A DNA stretch of 64,000 bases. Origin: Escherichia phage MLF4. The position numbers were made by a program, and so were the translations under genes. Positions 1 through 8,290 of this stretch are shown piece by piece. Numbering within the stretch: the first letter of the stretch is position 1; each line of letters starts with the position of its first letter. The DNA lies in the sequence record NC_055780.1; one strand, 5' to 3'. The notes under the pieces were generated by a model that was given only the letters and a program-made list of their open reading frames with translations, made no database searches and was not told where the DNA came from.

Positions 1-2
1 CA

Positions 3-407
3 CTTCGTTTAGATGGTGGCAGACAATCCGGTAAATCAACTGCAGTAACTAATTTTGCCGCTAATTGGTTGTATGATGGTGGAACAGTTATTGTTCTTTC
101 TAATACTTCAGCTTACGCTAAAATTTCTGCGGGCCGCATTAAAAAAGAATTTTCTCGTTATTCTAGCGATGATATTCGATTCCGTTTATTTACTGATTCT
201 GTCCGTAGTTTTGTTGGTAATAGAGGTAGCAAGTTCAGAGGTTTATCGCTTTCTCGAATTTTGTATATAATCGATGAGCCTGTTAAATCTCCTGATATGG
301 ATAAAATTTACGATATTCATATTGAAACTGTGCAATATTGCTGCAATAGTAAATGCTGTATTGGTGGTATTACTCGTCCGCAGTTTTTCGTAATTGGAAT
401 GCAATGA
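3..407 (+). CDS. P-loop NTPase, 3' portion (5' end lies upstream of the window)
   Basis: Frame open from window edge to TGA 405-407; Walker A-like GGRQSGKST and Walker B-like LYIIDE. Confidence 0.5.
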   Translation, partial: LRLDGGRQSGKSTAVTNFAANWLYDGGTVIVLSNTSAYAKISAGRIKKEFSRYSSDDIRFRLFTDSVRSFVGNRGSKFRGLSLSRILYIIDEPVKSPDMDKIYDIHIETVQYCCNSKCCIGGITRPQFFVIGMQ

Positions 408-733
408 TGACAGATACGCAACTTTTCGAATATCTTTATTTTTCGCCAAAAACTATTAAAAATAAATTGGTGAATCATTTTGAAATTTTAGCAAATAATA
501 ACATTTTGAGCGAATTTTATCCCAAGCAATACAAATTACAAAAAGGTGTATTCAAAGGATGCAGAGTTTTATGTACTGCTCCTAATGCACGGCTAATGAA
601 TAAAATTCCATATTTTACCATGGAATTTATTGATGGACCTTTTAAAGGATTAATTACGCAAAGTTTAATGGCATATGATTCTGAGCCGTTTTTAATTAAA
701 GAACAATCTTGGATAAATTTATTTTCTAATTGA
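404..733 (+). CDS. hypothetical protein (109 aa)
   Basis: ATG overlapping upstream stop (ATGATGA); weak SD; ORF-track ATG at 353 would overlap upstream gene by 55 nt. Confidence 0.35.
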   Translation: MMTDTQLFEYLYFSPKTIKNKLVNHFEILANNNILSEFYPKQYKLQKGVFKGCRVLCTAPNARLMNKIPYFTMEFIDGPFKGLITQSLMAYDSEPFLIKEQSWINLFSN

Positions 734-740
734 GGTTTAT

Positions 741-1103
741 ATGAAAGCATATCAAATTCTTGAAGGCACACACAAAGGTACTATTTATTTTGAAGATGGT
801 ATTCAAGCACGAATTATCGTTTCTAAAACCTTTAAAGAGGACTCTTTTGTAGACCCAGAAATTTTCTATGGTTTGCATGCCCGTGAAATTGAAATTGAGC
901 AACAGCCTGCAGTTAAAATTGAAGGTGGTCAACACCTGAACGTTAACGTTCTGCGTCGTGAAACTCTGGAAGATGCAGTTAAGCATCCGGAAAAATATCC
1001 GCAGCTGACCATCCGTGTATCCGGTTATGCAGTTCGCTTTAACTCTCTGACTCCGGAACAGCAGCGCGACGTTATCGCTCGTACATTCACCGAGAGTTTG
1101 TAA
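741..1103 (+). CDS. GrcA/YfiD-like autonomous glycyl radical cofactor (120 aa)
   Basis: ATG after TGAGGT; C-terminus carries glycyl-radical signature [12 protein letters not shown]; 3' half uses host-like codons. Confidence 0.7.
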   Translation: MKAYQILEGTHKGTIYFEDGIQARIIVSKTFKEDSFVDPEIFYGLHAREIEIEQQPAVKIEGGQHLNVNVLRRETLEDAVKHPEKYPQLTIRVSGYAVRFNSLTPEQQRDVIARTFTESL

Positions 1104-1324
1104 TGGCAAAGATAATTATTGAAGGTTCTGAAGATGTGCTAAATGCTTTCGCCGAGTGGTTTAGTAATTCAGGCGAACAGCAATTTAATGAAGCCTGGAA
1201 TATGGGTGATATTGATGGAATTTATCCTACGACAGAAATTTCTGTTCAGGGATATGGCATTCATGAACCTATTCGTTTAGTTGAATACGATTTATGTACT
1301 GGTGAGGAAGTCAAATATGATTGA
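1103..1324 (+). CDS. hypothetical protein (73 aa)
   Basis: TAATG stop-start overlap with upstream gene. Confidence 0.5.
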   Translation: MAKIIIEGSEDVLNAFAEWFSNSGEQQFNEAWNMGDIDGIYPTTEISVQGYGIHEPIRLVEYDLCTGEEVKYD

Positions 1325-1583
1325 AGATATTAAAGGTTATAAGCCGCATACTGAAGAGAAAATCGGTAAAGTGAATGCTATCAAAGACGCTGAAGTTCGT
1401 TTAGGACTTATCTTTGATGCTTTATACGATGAATTCTGGGAAGCACTAGATAATTGTGAAGACTGTGAATTCGCGAAGAATTATGCTGAAAGCCTCGATC
1501 AGTTAACTATTGCTAAAACGAAACTCAAAGAAGCCAGTATGTGGGCTTGTCGCGCAGTGTTCCAACCAGAGGAAAAATACTAA
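1317..1583 (+). CDS. hypothetical protein (88 aa)
   Basis: In-frame ATG after GAGGAAG; ORF-track start 1281 lies inside the upstream gene. Confidence 0.45.
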   Translation: MIEDIKGYKPHTEEKIGKVNAIKDAEVRLGLIFDALYDEFWEALDNCEDCEFAKNYAESLDQLTIAKTKLKEASMWACRAVFQPEEKY

Positions 1584-1861
1584 TGGCTCAATTAAGTGCA
1601 GGGTTTGGTTATGAGTATTATACTGCACCTCGTCGTGTATCTGTCGCTCCTAAGAAAATTCAAAGTCTTGATGACTTCCAGGAAGTAGTCCGTAAAGCTT
1701 TTCAGGACTATGCACGTTATCTTAAAGAAGATTCACAGGACTGTCTCGAAGAAGATGAAATTGCTTACTATGAGCAGCGTCTTGAACAGCTCAAAAATCT
1801 ACATGAGGTTCGTGCAGAAGTTTCAAAGTCTATGAATAAATTGACTAGATTTAAAGAATAA
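1583..1861 (+). CDS. hypothetical protein (92 aa)
   Basis: TAATG overlap start (MAQLSAGF...); ORF-track start 1541 lies inside upstream gene. Confidence 0.45.
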   Translation: MAQLSAGFGYEYYTAPRRVSVAPKKIQSLDDFQEVVRKAFQDYARYLKEDSQDCLEEDEIAYYEQRLEQLKNLHEVRAEVSKSMNKLTRFKE

Positions 1862-1863
1862 CT

Positions 1864-1893
1864 GTTTACTTTTCCTCTTGACTGTGGTATAAT
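1864..1893 (+). promoter_or_regulatory. T4-type early promoter (GTTTAC, 18 nt, TATAAT)
   Basis: GTTTAC at 1864-1869, TATAAT at 1888-1893, upstream of regB. Confidence 0.6.
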
Positions 1894-1919
1894 TTTCTAT
1901 CAGTTAAGAGGAGAATAAC

Positions 1920-2381
1920 ATGACTATCAACACAGAAGTTTTTATCCGTCGAAATAAGCTTCGTCGTCACTTTGAGTCGGAGTTTCGTCAAATTAACAAT
2001 GAGATTCGTGAGGCATCAAAAGCAGCAGGGGTCTCATCGTTTCATCTAAAATATTCTCAGCATCTTCTTGATCGTGCAATTCAACGGGAGATTGATGAGA
2101 CATATGTTTTTGAATTATTCCACAAAATAAAAGACCATGTTTTAGAAGTTAATGAATTCCTGAGTATGCCTCCGCGTCCTGACATTGACGAGGATTTTAT
2201 TGATGGGGTTGAATACCGTCCTGGACGTTTAGAAATCACAGATGGAAATCTTTGGCTTGGATTTACAGTTTGTAAACCTAATGCGAAGTTCAAAGACCCG
2301 TCACTTCAATGTAGGATGGCAATTATTAACAGTCGTCGTTTACCAGGAAAGGCTTCTAAAGCAGTAATTAAAACTCAATGA
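1920..2381 (+). CDS. regB: RegB sequence-specific endoribonuclease (153 aa)
   Basis: ATG after AGAGGAGAA; size and N-terminus MTINTEVFIRRNK match my recollection of T4 RegB. Confidence 0.85.
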   Translation: MTINTEVFIRRNKLRRHFESEFRQINNEIREASKAAGVSSFHLKYSQHLLDRAIQREIDETYVFELFHKIKDHVLEVNEFLSMPPRPDIDEDFIDGVEYRPGRLEITDGNLWLGFTVCKPNAKFKDPSLQCRMAIINSRRLPGKASKAVIKTQ

Positions 2382-2388
2382 GGTAAGC

Positions 2389-2934
2389 ATGAGAAAAGCA
2401 CTACTCGCTGGTCTATTGGCCATTTCAATGATGGCGCATAGCTCCGAGCATACTTTCAGTAATGTCCAACTCGATAACATGCGTTACGCGTATCAATTCG
2501 GGGAACAATTTTCTAAGGATGGAAAATATAAAACACACAAAAATATCCACAAGAGCGGATTAGGTCATATAATGGCTGCTATTTTATGGCAAGAAAGCTC
2601 TGGCGGAGTTAATTTAAAATCTAAACCAAAGCATCACGCCTACGGAATGTTCCAAAATTATTTGCCTACTATGCGAGCAAGAGTTAAGGAACTTGGTTAT
2701 AATATGACCGATGCTGAAATAAAAAGAATGTTGAATAAACGGTCCAATTCAGCTTCCTGGGCGTACATTGAACTTTCTTATTGGTTAAATATACATAAGG
2801 GCGATATAAGAAAAGCAATATCCTCTTATAATTCGGGATGGAATGTTAAAGCAGGTTCTAAATATGCTTCTGAAGTCCTAGAAAAGGCTAATTACCTTAA
2901 AAATAATAAACTTTTGGAAATAGTAAATGACTAA
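2389..2934 (+). CDS. secreted lytic-transglycosylase-like protein (SLT fold, 181 aa)
   Basis: Signal-peptide-like N-terminus; SLT-type motifs WQESSGG, YGMFQ, SYNSGW. Confidence 0.6.
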   Translation: MRKALLAGLLAISMMAHSSEHTFSNVQLDNMRYAYQFGEQFSKDGKYKTHKNIHKSGLGHIMAAILWQESSGGVNLKSKPKHHAYGMFQNYLPTMRARVKELGYNMTDAEIKRMLNKRSNSASWAYIELSYWLNIHKGDIRKAISSYNSGWNVKAGSKYASEVLEKANYLKNNKLLEIVND

Positions 2935-3268
2935 AATTTTGGTTTTATGTATAGGATTAATTTCATTTTCTGCGTTAGCAGATACATCATATACTGAAAT
3001 TAGAGAGTATGTAAACCGTACTGCAGCGGATTATTGCGGGAAAAATAAAGCATGCCAAGCTGAATTTGCACAGAAATTAATATATGCATATAAAGACGGA
3101 GAAAGAGATAAATCAAGCAGATACAAAAACGATACATTATTAAAACGATATGCTAAAAAGTGGAATACCCTAGAATGTTCAGTTGCGGAGGAAAAAGATA
3201 AAGCCGCTTGTCATTCAATGGTTGACCGTTTAGTAGATTCTTATAATCGAGGATTGAGTACTAGATGA
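2927..3268 (+). CDS. secreted/periplasmic hypothetical protein (113 aa)
   Basis: ATG overlapping upstream 3' end; hydrophobic signal-like N-terminus MTKILVLCIGLISFSALA; 4 Cys. Confidence 0.5.
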   Translation: MTKILVLCIGLISFSALADTSYTEIREYVNRTAADYCGKNKACQAEFAQKLIYAYKDGERDKSSRYKNDTLLKRYAKKWNTLECSVAEEKDKAACHSMVDRLVDSYNRGLSTR

Positions 3269-3744
3269 TTGTAAAATATATCAAGGGCGATATTGTCGCC
3301 CTATTTCTTCAAGGTAATATTATTGCGCACGGGTGCAATTGTTTTCATACTATGGGTTCAGGCGTAGCGGGTCAATTAGCAAGAGCCTATCCCAAAATTT
3401 TAGAAATAGATAAAACCACTACTGAGTACGGTTCTCGTGATAAATTAGGCGATATGTCTATTGTTTTTAAACATAGTCCTACGGGATTTGGTATATGCTA
3501 TAACCTGTATACGCAATACGAACCAGGTCCTAATCTTGATTATGGTGCTTTAGTAAACTGCATGATAGAATTAAATCTACAGGCAGAAACCCTTTTGTTT
3601 AAACCAGTAATTTACATTCCGCGTATAGGTTGTGGTATTGCTGGCGGCGATTGGGATAAGGTTTCTAAATTAATCGACATGTTTACTCCTGATATTGATT
3701 TAATAGTGGTGGATTATGAAAGTACATTACCCGCATCCGTTTGA
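3265..3744 (+). CDS. macro-domain-like protein (putative ADP-ribose binding/processing, 159 aa)
   Basis: ATG after GAGGATTGAG; N-terminal GDIV..AHGCNC..GSGVAGQLA resembles macro-domain glycine-rich core. Confidence 0.5.
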   Translation: MIVKYIKGDIVALFLQGNIIAHGCNCFHTMGSGVAGQLARAYPKILEIDKTTTEYGSRDKLGDMSIVFKHSPTGFGICYNLYTQYEPGPNLDYGALVNCMIELNLQAETLLFKPVIYIPRIGCGIAGGDWDKVSKLIDMFTPDIDLIVVDYESTLPASV

Positions 3745-3928
3745 TCCTAAAAACAAAGCAGAAATTATTCGTCAATGGGAACGCATTTGCCGTACTAAAT
3801 GCCCAATTAATAGTCCACATGATGTAAATAAAGACTACATTGGAACATTCGTTGAATATACCTTTATTGATAAGAAAGGTCGTAAACAACATGTAGAAGA
3901 ATATTGCTTAAAGGTTACATGGTTATGA
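3716..3928 (+). CDS. hypothetical protein (70 aa)
   Basis: ATG after GGTGGTGGA; overlaps upstream gene end by 29 nt. Confidence 0.4.
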   Translation: MKVHYPHPFDPKNKAEIIRQWERICRTKCPINSPHDVNKDYIGTFVEYTFIDKKGRKQHVEEYCLKVTWL

Positions 3929-4131
3929 GCCAAACTAGTATTCTTAAAAATGCCCACTGTGAAAAGTGTAAGTGGCCGGTTGTTTTTGCTTTATGCAACG
4001 ATGAAATGACTTGTGATTTCGATTATTGGTGCTATTGTTCTAATAAAGGATGTATCAATCATAAAGGTGAAGGATTTTATTCGGGATTTTATCCTTATCC
4101 AGATTTCGTTAAAGAAGGTAAACCAAAATGA
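3919..4131 (+). CDS. Cys-rich small protein (about 70 aa, putative Zn-binding)
   Basis: ORF-track start 3904 is TTG; first ATG at 3919 (alt 3925); 9 Cys. Confidence 0.4.
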   Translation: MVMSQTSILKNAHCEKCKWPVVFALCNDEMTCDFDYWCYCSNKGCINHKGEGFYSGFYPYPDFVKEGKPK

Positions 4132-4301
4132 ATAGTTTTGAGTTACAATACGAAGTGTTACGTGAGCTTGATAATTTAATTGAACTCGCTGCTAATAAAG
4201 GTTTTGCCATTGGAATTGGTCAAAAAGATACTGATCATTTAACTATGGAAATATTTAAGCAAAAGCGAATTATTTTAAAACTCCTGGAAATTAATATATG
4301 A
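4128..4301 (+). CDS. hypothetical small protein (57 aa)
   Basis: ATGA overlap with upstream stop; below ORF-track length cutoff. Confidence 0.35.
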   Translation: MNSFELQYEVLRELDNLIELAANKGFAIGIGQKDTDHLTMEIFKQKRIILKLLEINI

Positions 4302-4483
4302 GTCTGAGTAAAGAACAAAAAGATAAATTGTTTGAGCTTATCCATGAACTTCTAGATGAGCATACAGAAGCAAACACCTTTTATGATGAATACGGCCCGC
4401 TATCTCCCGAACAGCAGGAAGAATTTGCTGTTCGGTTTGATAAGAAAGAAAATGAATTAATAGCTTATGTGAATACGCTTTAA
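4298..4483 (+). CDS. hypothetical acidic protein (61 aa)
   Basis: ATGA stop-start overlap. Confidence 0.45.
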   Translation: MSLSKEQKDKLFELIHELLDEHTEANTFYDEYGPLSPEQQEEFAVRFDKKENELIAYVNTL

Positions 4484-4492
4484 GAAGGTGAT

Positions 4493-5074
4493 ATGGCGAG
4501 TTTAATTTTTACTTATGCAGCAATGAATGCTGGAAAATCTGCTTCTCTTTTGACTGCTGCACATAATTATAAAGAACGTGGAATGGGTGTATTAGTTCTT
4601 AAGCCTGCTATTGATACTCGCGATTCTGTCTGTGAAGTTGTTTCTCGCATTGGAATTAAGCAGGAAGCGAATATTATTACAGATGATATGGATATTTTCG
4701 AGTTCTATAAATGGGCTGAAGCACAAAAAGATATTCATTGCGTATTTGTAGATGAAGCTCAGTTTTTAAAAACTGAACAGGTGCACCAATTAAGCCGAAT
4801 TGTTGATACATATAATGTTCCTGTTATGGCTTATGGATTAAGGACTGATTTCGCTGGAAAATTGTTTGAAGGTTCTAAAGAACTTTTGGCGATTGCAGAT
4901 AAACTTATTGAACTAAAGGCAGTTTGTCATTGTGGTAAAAAAGCTATTATGACAGCTCGATTAATGGAAGATGGAACACCAGTTAAAGAAGGTAATCAAA
5001 TCTGTATTGGTGATGAAATTTATGTTTCTTTGTGTAGAAAACATTGGAATGAATTAACTAAAAAGCTCGGTTAG
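4493..5074 (+). CDS. tk: thymidine kinase (193 aa)
   Basis: ATG after AAGAAGGTG; P-loop NAGKS; size and N-terminus match recollection of T4 Tk. Confidence 0.9.
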   Translation: MASLIFTYAAMNAGKSASLLTAAHNYKERGMGVLVLKPAIDTRDSVCEVVSRIGIKQEANIITDDMDIFEFYKWAEAQKDIHCVFVDEAQFLKTEQVHQLSRIVDTYNVPVMAYGLRTDFAGKLFEGSKELLAIADKLIELKAVCHCGKKAIMTARLMEDGTPVKEGNQICIGDEIYVSLCRKHWNELTKKLG

Positions 5075-5083
5075 TGCAAAAGT

Positions 5084-5091
5084 TATAAATA
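5084..5091 (+). promoter_or_regulatory. T4 late-promoter-like TATAAATA box
   Basis: Exact TATAAATA about 27 nt upstream of the ATG at 5118. Confidence 0.4.
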
Positions 5092-5117
5092 GGTTTATCT
5101 AACTAAAGGGGTATATA

Positions 5118-5330
5118 ATGCTACAATTAACTGAAAAGCAACTTCGCAATCTTACTGTTCTTCAATTAGATGAAATTCGTAGGGAAGTTGGAAATATCAT
5201 TTCAGCTTTGCGTCGAGAAGTATCACTCAACCAATCTCCGGCAGACTATACTAGATTGCGAAATTTTGAAAAATACCTTGATAAAGTTAAGGCCGTGCAT
5301 CGGCATAAAGTAAATACAGGACAAAAATGA
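5118..5330 (+). CDS. hypothetical protein (70 aa), rI.1 position
   Basis: ATG after AAAGGGG; position between tk and rI. Confidence 0.5.
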
Positions 5331-5342
5331 TAGGAGGCCTTT

Positions 5343-5636
5343 ATGGCCTTAAAAGCAACGGCACTATTTGCCATGCTAGGATTAGCATTTGCTTTGTCTC
5401 CACCGATTGAAGCAAATGTCGATCCTCATTTTGATAAATTTATGGAATCTGGTATTAGACATGTTTATATGCTTTTTGAAAATAAAAGCGTAGAATCATC
5501 TGAACAGTTCTATAGTTTTATGCGAACGACTTATAAAAATGACCCGTGCTCTTCCGATTTTGAATGTATAGAGCGAGGCGCGGAGATGGCACAATCATAC
5601 GCTAGAATTATGAACATTAAATTGGAGACTGAATGA
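5343..5636 (+). CDS. rI: RI lysis-inhibition regulator (97 aa, signal-anchor)
   Basis: ATG after TAGGAGG; N-terminus MALKATALFAMLGL and size match recollection of T4 RI. Confidence 0.85.
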   Translation: MALKATALFAMLGLAFALSPPIEANVDPHFDKFMESGIRHVYMLFENKSVESSEQFYSFMRTTYKNDPCSSDFECIERGAEMAQSYARIMNIKLETE

Positions 5637-6019
5637 AATTCAGCGACTTTTCACAAAGTGGAAAACCTTCAAAGGCAGATGAATACTTAGGTTTATTAAT
5701 GGCTGCACAAGCTTATTTTCATTCTGCACATTTTGAAACTAAAAGTTATGCTAGACACAAAGCATACGATTTTATTTTCTCCGAGTTGCCAGATTTGATT
5801 GATAAATTTGGTGAGCAATATTTGGGGTATTCTGGTAGAAAATACACGCCTTCAATTCCAGATGCCAGTAAACTTCCTACCGACACAATTAAAATGATTG
5901 ATCGCATACTAGACCAATCTAACAGCATTTATAAAGAAATGCCTCCAGCCATTCAAAGCACGATAGATGATATTACTGGAATGTTTTACCAGAGTAAGTA
6001 TCTTCTTTCCCTCGAATAA
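5633..6019 (+). CDS. hypothetical protein (128 aa), rI.-1 position
   Basis: ATGA stop-start overlap with rI. Confidence 0.5.
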   Translation: MKFSDFSQSGKPSKADEYLGLLMAAQAYFHSAHFETKSYARHKAYDFIFSELPDLIDKFGEQYLGYSGRKYTPSIPDASKLPTDTIKMIDRILDQSNSIYKEMPPAIQSTIDDITGMFYQSKYLLSLE

Positions 6020-6024
6020 CATTA

Positions 6025-6047
6025 GTCTCCTTCGGGAGACTTTTTTC
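6025..6047 (+). terminator. hairpin terminator (GTCTCC-TTCG-GGAGAC + T-run)
   Basis: Perfect 6-bp stem, UUCG loop, followed by TTTTTT. Confidence 0.55.
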
Positions 6048-6056
6048 ATTTTACCG

Positions 6057-6086
6057 GTTTACTTTCCGTTTGAGCTGTGATACTAT
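6057..6086 (+). promoter_or_regulatory. T4-type early promoter
   Basis: GTTTAC 6057-6062, 18-nt spacer, TACTAT 6081-6086. Confidence 0.5.
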
Positions 6087-6114
6087 ACAACTATCAGATA
6101 AAGAGGAGAACATC

Positions 6115-6303
6115 ATGAAAATTGAAGCACTCAATCAAGAAGGAAATATCTACGTCATCATTAATGGTGATTTTTTCGTCGACATGGATGAAGTTACTAG
6201 TGAAGAACTTGTAGAATTTCTTAAGAAACGTTATAATATGTGTGATGAAGTTGCAACTCACATGGCATGTGCAATATTCTCTCTTTCATATGTGGTGGAA
6301 TAA
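6115..6303 (+). CDS. hypothetical protein (62 aa)
   Basis: ATG after AAGAGGAGAA; ORF-track start 6070 is TTG. Confidence 0.45.
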   Translation: MKIEALNQEGNIYVIINGDFFVDMDEVTSEELVEFLKKRYNMCDEVATHMACAIFSLSYVVE

Positions 6304-6506
6304 TGATTAGTATCGAACAAGCGGATAAAATTAAGGAATTGGTAGCTTTAATTCGTAAAGCAGATGAGGAACTTAGTGACTTTGCTTGGTTTTCATCAGG
6401 CATTGCAAATAAAGACATTGATGAACTTGAAGCTAAAGTTGATAATGCTTTAGAAGCGTTAGATATGTTTCTTGATGAAATTATCGATCATAATACGAGA
6501 GTTTAA
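6303..6506 (+). CDS. hypothetical protein (67 aa)
   Basis: TAATG overlap start; ORF-track ATG 6267 lies inside upstream gene. Confidence 0.45.
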   Translation: MISIEQADKIKELVALIRKADEELSDFAWFSSGIANKDIDELEAKVDNALEALDMFLDEIIDHNTRV

Positions 6507-6508
6507 GT

Positions 6509-6703
6509 ATGCTAACACGTGAACAGTTTGAAAAAATCATTAAATTAGCACGTGATATTGAAATAGATTCATACCAATTAGCAGTTGAGCATTGTGAAGG
6601 ATATTCATACGACGGTATAGAAGCAGCTAAAAAGGATTTGGATAAATCCAAAGCTAAGTTAGTTCAATATCTTGAAATGATTAGGTGGAATAATGAAAAC
6701 TGA
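6509..6703 (+). CDS. hypothetical protein (64 aa)
   Basis: ATG 2 nt after upstream stop. Confidence 0.45.
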   Translation: MLTREQFEKIIKLARDIEIDSYQLAVEHCEGYSYDGIEAAKKDLDKSKAKLVQYLEMIRWNNEN

Positions 6704-6866
6704 AAAGCAGATGTTTTTAATGAAGCTAATTGAAGAATATGCTAATGCAGTTTCTGACTATGAGTATTCTGCTCGGGAAAGAGGTACGGCTTTCGCTAAA
6801 GAAGAATTGAAAATCATGGTTGATGCTCATACAAAGCTTCAGAATTTTATCGAAAACGTCATTTAA
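6693..6866 (+). CDS. hypothetical small protein (57 aa)
   Basis: ATG overlapping upstream 3' end; below ORF-track cutoff. Confidence 0.35.
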   Translation: MKTEKQMFLMKLIEEYANAVSDYEYSARERGTAFAKEELKIMVDAHTKLQNFIENVI

Positions 6867-6868
6867 TG

Positions 6869-6898
6869 GTTTACAAGTTGGCAAGGTTATGGTATAGT
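6869..6898 (+). promoter_or_regulatory. T4-type early promoter
   Basis: GTTTAC 6869-6874, 18-nt spacer, TATAGT 6893-6898. Confidence 0.55.
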
Positions 6899-6926
6899 AA
6901 TCTTGTCAACTGCCAAGGAGAAGAGA

Positions 6927-7031
6927 ATGAAAGTTTTGTTTGTTGTGTATGTGATGATTCAATATAATTACCCAATGTTTACTTATAATCTGGTGAACAA
7001 TATTATTGATATGATTCAGAGGAGTATGTAA
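6927..7031 (+). CDS. tiny hydrophobic ORF (34 aa)
   Basis: ATG after strong SD AAGGAGAAG right after promoter; TAATG overlap with next gene. Confidence 0.25.
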   Translation: MKVLFVVYVMIQYNYPMFTYNLVNNIIDMIQRSM

Positions 7032-7216
7032 TGACAAGTGAGCAGGCTTTTAAATTAAGAGAATTAATTGAGACGTATAGTAAAGCTGTTCATACATCAA
7101 CAATTATTGATGAATCAGCTTTCTCCGGACATGCTAACAAGATTAAATACAAAACTCTTATGGAAGAAGCTAAAGTAAATCTCGATTCTTATATTGAAAC
7201 TTTAATTGGTAAATAA
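7031..7216 (+). CDS. hypothetical protein (61 aa)
   Basis: ATG after CAGAGGAG. Confidence 0.45.
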   Translation: MTSEQAFKLRELIETYSKAVHTSTIIDESAFSGHANKIKYKTLMEEAKVNLDSYIETLIGK

Positions 7217-7217
7217 T

Positions 7218-7760
7218 ATGAAAGCTGTAATTGAAACAACTGATTTGTTCGGTGACCTAGTTATCGAAAAACGCGGTAATGTATACGTTCTGACGCAGGA
7301 AGACGATAGTATTACTATTCTTCCTATGGAACTGGCTGCGATTTTATCTTATGCTCCCTCAGGAGTTACCGGTGTAACTAATATTACAGGTGACCTCCAA
7401 GTTCGTTTTTATCGTGGCCTTTACGGCGGTAATATTGAAACTGAATTTATGTGTCTTTCTATCAACAATTGGGCAACATTCGTTGCCAAGGTGAAAGAAT
7501 TCTTAGAATCTGAAACAGTCGAAACACCCGAAAAGGCTAAACTTCAATGGGCTAAAGATCGCGGTGCTAACATTATTAATCCAGTAGCTGCAAACTATAC
7601 TACGACTTTGGATGTCAAGACTTCTTATGAAGATGGCGATGTCGTACTTGTTCGCCAAAATGATGATTCTCGAGCACATATTGTCACATTTACCAAAGAC
7701 GAAGCTATTGCGCTAAAGACTTATCTTGATTCTGTCATTCCAACTATGATTTCAAAGTGA
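7218..7760 (+). CDS. hypothetical protein (180 aa), paralog of next gene
   Basis: ORF-track start 7206 is TTG; ATG at 7218; shares module ..Q.DD..I.....EA.A...YL with 7767 gene. Confidence 0.5.
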   Translation: MKAVIETTDLFGDLVIEKRGNVYVLTQEDDSITILPMELAAILSYAPSGVTGVTNITGDLQVRFYRGLYGGNIETEFMCLSINNWATFVAKVKEFLESETVETPEKAKLQWAKDRGANIINPVAANYTTTLDVKTSYEDGDVVLVRQNDDSRAHIVTFTKDEAIALKTYLDSVIPTMISK

Positions 7761-7766
7761 GGAAAT

Positions 7767-8288
7767 ATGTTTATTTCAAGTGGAAGTGGTTTAATTCGTG
7801 TTGAATTTAAAAATGACATCTTTCTTATTCAAGGAGATGATATTATTAAAATGAGTTATGACGAAATCAAGAAAATTTGTCATGCTCTTGAAAGTCATGG
7901 AAAAGTGAACGCTGTTATTGATATTGGCGATTTATGGGTGACACTTTATGAAGTATCCGAAGGATTTAACATTGAAGATGAAAATAACATTTTAGCTATT
8001 GATAAAAGAAGTGATTTGTTTGATGTATTAAAAGTTTATGAACAGTCAAATGGCGGAAGAAAAGCTGCATTGATTTATCAAAAACCGCATTCATGTGGAA
8101 CTGCTTCAATCATTTCAAATATTGAAGATGAAGTTGATACTTATATGTGTGTTTTAAAAGCTGGTGGTGACCGTCATCCGGATTTTATTTCTATTCGTCA
8201 AAACAATGGAGAAATTTCATTATCAAAATCAGAAGCTGAAGCTATGATTAAGTATTTAACAACTGTTACGCCTTCAATGAGAGGATAA
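7767..8288 (+). CDS. hypothetical protein (173 aa), paralog of previous gene
   Basis: ATG after GTGAGGAAAT; similar C-terminal module to 7218 gene. Confidence 0.5.
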   Translation: MFISSGSGLIRVEFKNDIFLIQGDDIIKMSYDEIKKICHALESHGKVNAVIDIGDLWVTLYEVSEGFNIEDENNILAIDKRSDLFDVLKVYEQSNGGRKAALIYQKPHSCGTASIISNIEDEVDTYMCVLKAGGDRHPDFISIRQNNGEISLSKSEAEAMIKYLTTVTPSMRG

Positions 8289-8290
8289 TT

